A stretch of 64,000 nt of DNA from Prorocentrum cordatum. Lineage: Eukaryota. Shown in pieces: positions 25,001 through 36,054 of the stretch. Both the position numbers and the translations under genes were made by a program. The notes below the pieces were generated by a model. That model saw only the letters and a list, made by a program, of their open reading frames with translations, was not told the DNA's origin and did not search any database. How positions within the stretch are numbered: the stretch's first letter is position 1; every line of letters starts with the position of its first letter. Where the stretch lies: assembly GCA_963575745.1 (NCBI GenBank), contig CAUYUJ010000226.1:372001-436000 (forward strand), given 5' to 3'.

Positions 25001-27203
25001 GGTTGACTGACGTTTTTGAGGGGGAGTCGAAGTTTAACTTATGGAAAAAAGGGGCCTCGCTCCTGATCTGGGGCTCCTTAGGTCAACGCCCCAATTGTAC
25101 AACGATGCAAGCTGCAGGGATTATGCCCCTGGATATCTCGGATGCGGCAGGTTCGCGACGCGTCGACCGGCGGCGGCCCCTTCCGCGAGCGCTCAAACGT
25201 TGAACGCCGCCGGCGACCCAGACTCCCAGACTCGGTCGACGTTGAACGATCTGACGTTTCGTAAACAGCCGATAATTCAGGAGGAAAACAAACACACAGA
25301 CACAATTAATCGTCGATTCCCCAGAAAATATGGAAAATATGGGAAGTGGGGGGGAAGACAATAACCGAGAAAATATTGGAAAATATGGGGAATATGTTTA
25401 TTTGTGTGTATTTATTTGTGTGTCCTGGGGCCCCTTCAGTTGAACGATCTGACGTTTCGTAAACAGCCGATGATTCAAGGCTGAACAATCCCGGCGATGT
25501 CAGAAAAACCGACGCCGAAGTCGGCACGACACGAACTTGCCGTATGTTGCATTACAGCATCCGCGGAACATTCTGCCGCTCAACGCTTTCTTTCCGAACG
25601 TGGATCCTGACTTTGCAGGCCTGCGCCACATCCGCCGACCCCGCCTTACATCTGACGGCGCCATCGGGGATGCACTCTACCGTGGGCCACCTCCAGCGAG
25701 GCGGAAGGATGTCCACGATGCCGTTGGCCCGGCGTGTCGCAGGTCTATCGCCTTGTTCGTTTCGGTGAAACCGTCGTTTTCCCGCGCTTCTCTCACAGTT
25801 GCCTGCCGCCGCAGAGAAATCGTTCGCACAAGCCGTCGCTCGCAGGGCAACCTCTCGACGTGGCTCGGCGCTTTACTGCAACTCGTGTGCACGGTGCTCG
25901 AAGTGGCTGGGTAAATAGCTTACGACAGGTTCGCGTCGTGTCGACCTGTGGCGACCCGCGCGCTGGCGTTCCAGGTTAAACGCCGCCCGTGGCCCAGAAT
26001 CGGCCCTTTGTTGAACGATCTGGCGTTTCTGAAACAGCGGATCGTTCCAGCTTGAAGGATCCCCGCAGTGTCATGAACCAACGCCAGGGTCGACACGACA
26101 CGGACCTGCCGTACACCCTGCGAAATGCCTAAGAAATCATGGGTTAAGAAATTCATAGTCTCAGAACTTCAATAAAAACCCAAAACTTCTATTCAAATCT
26201 TAGGATTTCCATTGAAACGTTAAGAATAATCGAGACTCTGGCCGAAAACGTAAGTTTTCTTAAGCATCGCCTAGGGTGTAGTCGTGTCACGGCTGTGCCA
26301 CCGACGTCATCGCGCTGCTGCGCCCGCTCCACGTCCTCCCCTCCCAAAAATCGCGCGGGAACAAGACCGAGCGCTGGAGACTAGCGGATGTTGGTTCTTG
26401 GAGGTTTTCTCGATTTGAGAATTGTTTCCTATATGTGTTTCCTCGATGTGTTTCCTCGATCCTAGATGTGTTTCTCGCGCCCTCCCGATCCTAGATGTGT
26501 TTCCTCGATTTGAGAACGTCGCGTCGGTTCTTGGAGGTGTTCTCGCCTCGGGCTGCGTCCCAGCGGCTGCGCATCGCCGACAGCGTTCCAGGAGCGCCAG
26601 GATCTTCCCAAGCGGCCGTGCGAGGCCCCAGTCATAGCCCGCAAGCCCAGATCTCCGACGATGCGATTGTTATGATTTCGATGTCACTCAAAAACGAAGG
26701 TGGGACGAATAACTACATCTTGTGGAAGGGGTCGGGACATGTGGGGCCGTGCACTGAAAGAACAAGATGATATCGGAGGTCGTGCTGGAACGGGTCCTGA
26801 AGTTTTTGGCCGTTTCCAGACCCCATGGGGCTTTTCTTGAGCCCCAGGGCTGACAGGAAACGACTGGGCACAACGCATTCTCTGGGATCCGACGTCACGG
26901 AAGGTTGTAACATCGTAAAAGGAATCGATCGGAATTTTGGATTTTACTTGTTGCATTTGACAAACGGATCGGTCCGTGAGGGCCTTGAGGGCCGAATCAC
27001 AAGACAGCTCGCCGCTTGGGCCCCACCGCCAGCCCAAACGGCGAGCATAACTCGGGCGTAGCCCCGCACGCATTCGAATGCAATACCCACACTTCGTTCT
27101 CGTACTACTCGTATTCATCCCGTCCTGATCGTCGTCGTCGTCCTCCTCCTCGTCCTCCTCATCCTCCTCGTCTTCCTCGTCTTACTGCTCCAGCTAGGTT
27201 TCC

Positions 27204-27460
27204 GATCGGTTGCGCCATCGGTTGCGTTTTCGGCGGCTGAGAATCAAACCGTCTCCCATCGGTTGCGCCATAGTTTGTGGCCTCGGCGGCTGAGAATCAA
27301 ACCGTCTCATATCGGTTGTGCCATAGGTTGTGCCCTCAGCGGCCGAGAATAAAACCGTCTCCTGTTGGTTGCGCCATAGGTTGCGCCCTTGGCGGCCGAG
27401 AGTACCGTCTCCTATCGGTTGCGCCATAGGATGCGCCCTTGGCGGCCGAGAATAACACCG
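27204..27460 (+). repeat. Tandem repeat of ~45-53 bp (ATCGGTTGCGCCAT…GGCGGC(T/C)GAGAAT), 5 copies
   Basis: Direct tandem units. Confidence 0.8.
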
Positions 27461-28264
27461 TCGCGTAACGGGTGCGACCAGTCTGTTCAATTCAGTTCCG
27501 TTCAGTTCAATTTACCTTGCGAGAAACAAATTCGTGCTACTCCCGAAAACACCGCAAATCTCATGCTTGTGAACAAATGCGTCGCCAGGAACTCAGGGAT
27601 GGCCCACCTTCTTAGGTTTTCTGGTCATAACTAGGCTCTCCGGCAGCCGTTCGGGACGATGCGGGCACCCCCGGAACGCTCTCGTCGAGGCGCAGTGGCT
27701 GAGAAGAGAAGCCTCCCGAGGCGAGCAAGCCGCCGCGAACCCACGAAAACTACCCAATACCCCCAAACCAGCGATCTTCGGAGGACGCGTCACGGGAGGG
27801 CGATCAATGGGGGGGCAGCGAGGGCTTCAGAAAGGGGCCCCTTGGGGGGCCGTCAAGGGGCCCTGGTAGGGCCCAGAAGGGGTCCTTGCAGCCCCCAAGA
27901 AGAGCATCCCTCCCCCACCCATTTTACCGCACCCTCAGTAACCCGCGCCCGAGATCGCCTGCAGGCACGCCCCCCGGGGGCTCCAGGGCCCGTCTCCCTC
28001 GCTCTGGAGGTGGGCAAGGGGCATGGCATAAAGGGGGGGGGGAATGTTGATTCCATGTTATAGGGGGGGTATGTTGATTCCATGTCATATGTCGCAGATG
28101 GCCTCGCCAGCTCCACGATTGGCACCATGCTTCGTTCTGCCACTCCTCCTCCTCCTCCTCCTCTTCCTCCTCCTCCTCCTCCTCCTCCTCCTCCTCCTCC
28201 CCTCTCCGACCTCCACAACCGCGGGGCCCGCTCCCCCCCCCCCCCCCGTGCTGCCCCCCCCGAG

Positions 28265-28372
28265 GCGCTGCTGCGGCCCCTGGCCGAGGGGGCCGCGCCG
28301 GAGCTCCGGCACCTCGACGTCTCCGGCAGCGCCGTGGGGGGCGAGGGGCTGCGCGCGCTGGCGCGCAAGCTG
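28265..28372 (+). CDS. LRR gene exon (ALLRPLAEGAAPELRHLDVSGSAVGGEGLRALARKL)
   Basis: cgag|G acceptor, CTG|gc donor, 108 nt, phase 0-0, LRHLDVSGSAVG is an LRR consensus match. Confidence 0.8.
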
Positions 28373-28607
28373 GCGCTCCCGGGGGGGGGGGGGAAGAGGT
28401 GCCCACGCCGCCAGTCAGTACCGTTGAACGGGGGAGATGCGGGCAAGGCTTATATCCTACGGTAGGTTCGCGTCGTGTCGACCCGCGGCGACCCCCGCCC
28501 GCGGCGTTTAACGTTGAATGCCGCCGGCGACCCAGAATCGGTCGATGTTGAGCGATTGGACGTTGCGGGAATTGGCGCGCAAGCTGGCGCTCCCGGGGGG
28601 GGAAAGA

Positions 28608-28829
28608 TCGCAGGTGACTTTTCTCCCCCAATCCCCGAACTTCGCCCGAAAAGTATGACCTCTCAGAAAAAGAGGGAAACCCTGGGATACACCCCAAGGA
28701 GGCTATTCGGACGCACCACTATCGAGGACGAGCGCCCCCCAATCGTATATCCCAGGGTTGGGGCTCAAATTTCTGCTTCATGCGAAAACCCCACGATGTC
28801 TGGGATAGGGGTCGACATATGCCCTGTTA
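28608..28829 (+). mobile_element. Family G ~222-bp element, TSD AAAGA; second copy 18955-19176 with TSD CTCGT
   Basis: AAAGA|TCGCAGG...CCTGTTA|AAAGA. The empty site is preserved in the duplicated block at ~28392. Confidence 0.85.
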
Positions 28830-29755
28830 AAAGAGGTGCCCACGCCGCCAGTCAGTATCGTTGAACGGGGAAGGTGCGGGCAAGACTTATACCACATATC
28901 CATATCCAGTGCGTCTTGATTTTTTTTTTTGGAAGAAGCGCCTCAAGGCCGAGGCGCACTGGATGTGGATAAGAATCTAGCCTCTGCGGTGGGCAAACTT
29001 ATCCATATACAGTGTGCCTCGGGGTTCTGGGGAAAGGCAGCCCGAAACTCCATATTGCAGTGGATATGGACAGAAGTATTGCCCGCAGAAGAGGCGCCCA
29101 CGCCGCCAGTCAGTATCGTTGAACCGACCCCCATCTCATCCTCATCACCTTCGAGACCCCCACCAAAGTATCCCGCCACTTGGGGATACACCCTCGAAGC
29201 CCGAAAGCAACGGCCTATATCCCCATCCAGGGGGCTAAATCGGCCAGTGGGGCCTAGGCTACGCCGCTGGGGATGGGGGTCGGTTAAACGATGCTCAGCT
29301 AGCTTCGAAGAAGAAAAAACAAATAAACATAAGCTTTCGACTCTCCGCGCGGATTTCTTGGATCTGCGCTGGGGCCCCCTGGCGGCGCCTCCGGCGCCGC
29401 CCCTGGCGCGGTCCGCGCGCCAGGGAGGGGGGGCCCAGCGCAAATCCAAAAGGATTCCGCACGGAGCGTCGAATGCTTATGTTTACATGTTTTGTTCTTC
29501 CTCTATATCGCCTTGCCTCGTTCTGCCCTTTTCGGGCCTCCTGGGAGGCCCTCGTTTATGTTTACGTGCTTCTTCCTTCCTATATTTATATATATATATA
29601 TATATATATCCTTGCCTCGCTCTGCCCTTGTCGGGCCTCCTGGGAGGCCCCTCGTGTCGCCATCGCTGGACTCGCCTGGGAGGCCTCGAGTGCGAACGCA
29701 CCCCGGGCGAGGTCTGGGGCGTGGCGGCGTCGGCAGCTGTGCCGTCGCCCTGCAG

Positions 29756-29782
29756 GAGCAGGGCGCCCTGCCCGCGCTGAAG
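29756..29782 (+). CDS. LRR gene micro-exon (EQGALPALK)
   Basis: ctgcag|G acceptor, AAG|gagcgc GA donor, 27 nt; continues the LRR periodicity. Confidence 0.6.
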
Positions 29783-30415
29783 GAGCGCCGGGCCTCCAAG
29801 AAATGGCTCCGGCCTCCCACACTCAAGCGGTGGCGAAGCTCGGGGGCGGAAAAGAGGGGGGTGATGACTAGGGGGGGGTGGATGTCATGGCGGGGGTCAT
29901 GATATTTCCCCAGCTTTCATGGCGCTTCTTCTTGTTTTATTACGTCCCTGGCCCCCCCGCTGGGCCGCGCACATGCCGCCGGTCATGATTTGCACCCCCC
30001 CCTTTTGGACACCCCTCTCTTGGCCGCTCCCGAGAAGCGTCCTGGCTCGCCTATAGCCCTACCAAACAATGTTGTAAGAACCTCTAGTTGGTCCCAACGA
30101 AATGTTCTTAGAACATCTCTGGCTGGGACTCTGTCTTGTTTTAACACATCGGGTGTATGCTCTGAGATCATTGTTGTTGTTCTTAGAACATTTTGGGGTT
30201 CTAGGAACATTTCGTGGGACGACGAATGCCGGGACGGTCGGGCCCTGTTCAACTGGCGACGCGCAAAAACGGGGTCGTCTGCGTGGAGATTCGCTCGTAA
30301 GTCGCGCGGGCCATTTTTTCCCTACTCCACGACTGTGCGACGAAAAATGAAGGCGGTCAAAAAAGGAGGGGGACCCTGGGATACCCCAAGTTGGCTATTC
30401 GGACGCAACCCTATC

Positions 30416-30645
30416 TCAGAGCCCCGAATCATCAGGGGTAACTCGGGTCAGGGCTAACTCGGGTTTCTTTTTCGGGAATCCAAGCCCGAGTTACCCCGGA
30501 CCCGAGTTACCCCGGATAACTCGGGCGTCCAGAGCCCCGAATCATCAGGGGTAATTCGGGTCAGGGCTAACTCGGGCTTCTTTTTCGGGAATCCAAGCCC
30601 GAGTTACCCCGGACCCGAGTTACCCCGGATAACTCGGGCGCCCAA
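30416..30645 (+). mobile_element. Family C dimer, TSD CTATC
   Basis: CTATC|TCAGAG...GCCCAA|CTATC. An empty homologous site (ggacgcacccctatcgagga) is visible at ~19056-19075. Confidence 0.9.
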
Positions 30646-31981
30646 CTATCGAGGACGGACGTCCCGCCCATCCTATATCCCATGGTTGGGCCCAGATTTT
30701 CGGTCCAGGCGAAAGCCTCCCAAAGCCTTGGACAGGGGTCGACGCATCCCCGATTGACAAGCTACCCGCGCAAGGCCACGCATAAGCCCCCGCGAAAGGT
30801 CGCTGTGACATCGCGCGAACGACCCGCTTCTCTTCGTTGCTCCAGTGGGGGCCAGGCGTTCTTACAAACCAATACACCTTAGGCGATGCTTAAGAAAACC
30901 CAAGTTTTCGGCCAGAGTCTCGATTATTCTTAATGTTTCAATGTAAATCTTAAGACTTTAATGGAAATGTTGGGTTCTTATTCAAGTTCTGAGACTATGA
31001 ATGTCTTAACCCATGATTTCTTAAGCATTTCGCAGGGTGTATGCATGTATTGTTTAGGCCTACCAGAAGATTTGATTGAGGCCTACCAGTTGAGATCGAG
31101 TCGACGGGGTCAGAGAATCGCGCCGCATCGCCGATGCATCGGCCATTCGGCTCGGTGTGGAGCCTGATTTTCTCCATGCTGAAGTCGCCGATGCATCGCC
31201 GATGTTTCGCCGATGCATCGGCGATGTGGCGCGATCCTTGGACCCCATCTACTCCGTCCCCATCTTGGAGTCTGGCAGGCCTCTGGCTTCGGGCCCCCGA
31301 CGAATGGGGCCAGAGCAGTTGTTCAGCAGCATCCGCCGAGGGGGGAGGGGGGGGGGGCGGAGGCGCGGGCCTTCTCGGAGTGGTCAGAAGGGCTTTGGCC
31401 TTCTCAGCAGCTTTGTCTGAGCCGTCCACGATGCCACATGGGGGAATGCTGGAGGGCCTTCTGAGATGCCCCGCCGCCTTCTTGGGAGGCCTGTCCCCTC
31501 GCGGCGCGCCGCCGAAAGATGTGCACAGCGAGCAATTATTATCCATAACCACCGCCTGGGGGAAGGATCTTCGGAGACCTCGCTTGGCTATGTGTATCTC
31601 CGCCGCCTGCCAACATCCCCCAAGTTTGATCGCCCAGGCGGTGGTTCTGGATAAATCCCTCCCCCAGAGATAGGGCCGGAGGGTTACGCAGGAGGAGGAC
31701 GAGGAGGAGGAGGAGGGGGAGGAGGAATTGGAGGAGGAGGGGGAGAAGGAGGAGGAATTTGAGGAGGAGCTGGACGAAGATGAGGAGGAGGGGTTGGAGG
31801 AGGCGGAGGAGGAGGAGGAGGAGGAGGAGGCGGCGGAGGAGGAGGAGGAGGAGGGGGAGGAGGAGGAAGATGAAGAGGAAGAGGAGGAGGAGGCGGAGGA
31901 GGAGGAGGAGGAGGAGGAGGAGGAGGAAGAGGAGGAGGAGGAGGAGGTGCGGGGGGGGGGCGGAGGCTCGGGCCCCTTGAC

Positions 31982-32074
31982 CTCCAGGAGCTCGACGCCA
32001 GAGACCTCCAGGGCCAGGGCGTGGAGCAGGGCGCCGAGGCGCTCCGGGCGGCGCGCGCTGGTCTTTGCGTCACC
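31982..32074 (-). CDS. Candidate exon, minus strand (GDAKTSARRPERLGALLHALALEVSGVELLE)
   Basis: ccgcag|G acceptor, GAG|gtcaag donor, 93 nt, phase 0-0, GC3-rich. Confidence 0.6.
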
Positions 32075-33389
32075 CTGCGGTGAGCGGCGCCGGCGCCGGC
32101 CAGCGCCCTGCAGTGATGCGTCGCCGGCGGCGGCGAGGGCCACCGGCGCGCAGGGCACGAAGAAGGACTCTCGACTGCGGTCGGGCCGAGGTATGAGATT
32201 CAGGCGATCGCAAGCATGGATCAAGGGGGCGTGGATTAGCGACGGGTCCCGTTTCCATGGGAACTCGCGCATTTCCGCCGCCGAGCGAGGAGGCACCAGC
32301 CGCATTTTGGGGAGGGCACCTCCCCCGATCCATGCATTTGGCGACCGCGCGGCAAATCCATGGATCGCTAATCCATGTTTGCGCGCCCCCGAGAGATCGA
32401 GGTGGGTTCGGGGATGGTGCCCTAACAGTGGAAGCCCATGCCAAGAAACACCCTGCCTGCCTCCAGGGTGCCCTGGGTTTCTTGGGTTTCGAGGGAAGGT
32501 TCCAGAGTTGGGTTCCCTGTGGAAGGTTCCTCGTGGTCGAGCTCCTGCTGTAATGTTCTTCATGCTTGTTGGGTGTGCTGGTGCTTCCTGGGGGAGGGTA
32601 ACCCGAGCCGGAGAAGCAATTAAGGAACCCCCCGGCGTTATCATTAGCACCGCGCCGTAATTAAATAATTTTTTTGGGGGGTTTTCGCCGAGCGATATCA
32701 TTAGCACCGCGCAAATGGAAGGAAAATAAATAATTCCAGCGCCCCGCCTCGGGTGGCATCCCAATTAGAATTGTAATGAGAATCCGTGGGACCCGTGCGA
32801 TCTGGTGTACCCCCTCCTGGTGCCAGGATAACGCTTCCGGGTGCCGGGTGCGTTATCCTTTCACCGGAGAGGGGGGGGGGGGGTCCTTAATCGCTTAACC
32901 CTCGACTGCACGTAGAAGGTCGAACAAGGAGAAGAATCGGTATCTGCGTAAACTTTCGGCGCTCCGCGCGGATCTCTCGGATCTGCGCTGGGGCCGCCTG
33001 GCGGCGCCCGTCGCGCCGCCCCTGGCGCGCTCCGCGCGCCGGGGAGGTGGGTCCAGCGCAGATCCAAGAAATCCGCGCTGACCTCCGACAGTTTTACGCT
33101 TATGCCGGTTTCTTTTCCTCTACTCTCGACTACACGTTGCAGTGACCCTTCGCCAGAGTGACGTGTGGTGCGGGCGCATTGGGGTCCCCCGATGGCTGCA
33201 CGCGATGCGATGGCAGCAGCTTGCGCACTTGGGTTGTGCTCTCCTGCCCCCCCCCCTGAAGCCGCGCGCCAAAGGTCACACCCGTTCCCAGCGTCACCCC
33301 TGCGTGCCGCCGACGGACTCGAAGAAGAAGTAGCCTGGCGGATGACCCAGCCATCTGCAGTCGTGAGTGCCGTCGTTGTGAACATCGCC

Positions 33390-34760
33390 ACCGGTGGATC
33401 TCCCTTTGGGGCCACGGAGCGCTGTGGGGCAGCCATGCGCGTGCCGCCACCAGGGCCTCAATTGGAGCTCCCTATGGGGCCACGAAGCGTGTGAGGTGTG
33501 TGCCGACATGGGGCGGGGCCGCCATGCGGGCGCTGCCACTGGAGCCTTGGGTAGAGCTCCCCAGGGCCACGAGACGCGGCATGCGGGCCCTGCCGTTGAG
33601 GCCTCAGGTGGAGCTCCCTATGGGGCCACAAAACGAGTCAGGGTGTACCGAAATTGATTGCGGGGACTCATGCGCCCGCAGCCACAGGGAACTCATGTGG
33701 AGCTCCCTATGGGCCCACGAAGCGTGTGAGGGATTTACCGACGTGGGTGGCGGGGACGCCTGCGGCCGCAGCCACCGGGGCCTCAGATGGAGCATCCGAT
33801 GGGGCTATGAGCGTTTGAGGGGTGTGCAGACATGAGTGGCGGGGACGCCTGCGGCTGCAGCCAATGGGGGGCCGCCGGTGGAGCTCCTTGAGGGGCCACG
33901 GCGCGTGTGAGGGATGTGCCGAAATGGGTGGCGGGAACGCATGCGGCCGCGGCCAGGGGGCCTCTGGTGGAGCTCCATTTACGAAGCATGTGAGGGGTGG
34001 TGTGCGGAAATGGGTGGCGGGGACGCATGCGGCCGCAGCCGCTGGGGCCTTAGGTGGAGCTCAGGGCAGCCGCTAGGGCCTCGGGTGGAGCTCCCTGTGG
34101 GGTCACGGAGCGTGCGAGGGGGGCGCCAAAATGGGCGGCAGGAACCCATGCGAACGGCGCCACTGGGATTAGAGGAGGGAGGGAGAGAGGAGGGGGAGGA
34201 GGAGGAGCAGGTGGGCCGCGGGGCGCTGACTGTCCAAAACTGGGTCCCCAAAACCACATGATGGTCGGGAACAAGAAGGTCCTCGAGCACCGCAGTTCCA
34301 AGGGACGACTCCGGTGGAGCTCCGTGTGCGGCCACGAGACGTATGAGGAGTCTATCGAATCGGCTGCGGGTGCGCCACGCGGACGGCTGGCCACGAAGGG
34401 TGTGAGGGGTTGCCGAATCGGGCGCGGGTGCGCCGTGCGGACGCTGCCGTTGGGGCCCCGGTGGAGCTCCCTATGGGGCCACGAAGCGTGCGAGGGGTGG
34501 GCTGTATTGCGTGGCGGGGGCGCGTGCGGCCGCAGCCACTGGGGCCTCCGGTGGAGCTCCCTATGGACTCACGGAGCGTGTGAGGGGTGTGCCGACATTG
34601 GTGGCGGGGACACATGCGGACGCTGCCGCTCCTTCGATGGAGCTCCCTATGGGGCCACGAAGCGTGGGAAGGGTGTACGGAATCGGGTACGGGTACGCCA
34701 TGCGAACGCTGCCGCTGGGGCCTAGGTGGAGCTCCTTTATGGGGCCGCGAGACATGTGAA
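33390..34760 (+). repeat. Diverged ~75-80 bp minisatellite (GGAGCTCCCTATGGGGCCACGAAGCGTGTGAGG)
   Basis: More than 10 degenerate tandem copies. Confidence 0.8.
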
Positions 34761-34832
34761 GGCATGTCCGACATGTTTGATATGCGGAGGGCTGAGGCAG
34801 GATGGAGGAGAGGAAGAGGAAGGACGCGGGGC

Positions 34833-34872
<40 letters not shown>

Positions 34873-35841
34873 CAAAACGAGGATCCGACACCACAGGATA
34901 GTTGGGAACTACGTGAGCGTAATTGTCGGAGCTCCGCACGGATTTCCTGGATCTGAGCTGGGTCGCCTTGGCGGCGCCTCCAGCGCCGCCCCTGGCGCGA
35001 GCAGCGCGGCAGGCAGGGCTGTCCAGCGCCGATCCAAGAAATGTGCGCAGGCCTCCGAACGTCAATCTTTCTGGTCCTCCTCCTCCTCCTCCTCCTCCTC
35101 CTCCTCCTCCTCCTCCTCTAGACTCAGATGAGGGCGAGCTGAGACGACGGCAGTTGGTTTCCTGGTTGGGGGGGGGGGTCGTCCCGACGGCGGCTTGAAT
35201 CAGGGAAGTGATTTCGGGCTGCCGCTGTCTCATCTAACCCTGCTCCGCAGGACGTCTCTTGTCGCATGTCGAAGGAGGGTCACGACCAGTGCCTGGAGTA
35301 CAAGAGCAGTGCTGCGCGTACCGGACACGCGATGTCGGCAAGCAGTGCTACGACGAGCGCACGCTGGTCGAGGCGGAGACTCTAGGCCTCCCATATTGGG
35401 TCAGAGTAGATGTGGTCGGAGGATCCGGCCGCATCGTCGATGCATCGGCGATGCGGTTCGATGTGGAGCCAGATTGTCTCGCCGACGGCGCAGGTGCACC
35501 GACGACGTCGCCGATGCATCGGCGATGCGTCGGCGAACTAATACTGACGCATCGGCGATGCGGCGCGATCCTCCGACCCCACCTGCTCGGACCCCATCTG
35601 GGAGGTCTCCAAGCTCTACGAAAAGGGAGGACCGCCCCCGTCCTCTCGGGGGGGGGAAGGAACAGCGGTCCCGCGGCAAGAGAGAATGACGATTCTGCCC
35701 CCGCGGCTGTGGCGGCAACGGAGCTGCGGCGTCTGCGTTCTGATGCCTGCTACGATTCGCGCGATGCCGAGAGACGTGGCTCTCGCGATGTTGGGCAGCT
35801 CAAGCATATACATGTATAGATGTGCTTACACATTCATAAGT

Positions 35842-36054
35842 GTGTATGTATGTATGTATGTATGTATGTATGTATGTATGTATGTATGCATGTATGCATG
35901 TATGCATGTATGCATGTATGCATGTATGCATGTATGCATGTATGTATGCATGTATGCATGTATGCATGTATGCATGTATGCATGTATGCATGTATGCATG
36001 TATGCATGCATGTGTATATATATATATATACATGTATATATATATATATACATA
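35842..36054. repeat. (TATG)n/(TATGCATG)n/(TA)n microsatellite
   Basis: Direct reading. Confidence 0.95.

Noticed and set aside
30995..32764. 589-aa ORF and other long poly-P/E/G/C/T ORFs (e.g. 8758, 16417, 47491, 58430, 63485)
   Set aside because: They stay open because of GC-rich microsatellites and repeats; only short exon-sized parts look coding.
35277..35373. Possible + strand exon (…CCAYRTRDVGKQCYDERTLVE), and similar candidates at ~8087, 37525, 57124, 59163
   Set aside because: Frame or splice boundaries are too ambiguous to call.
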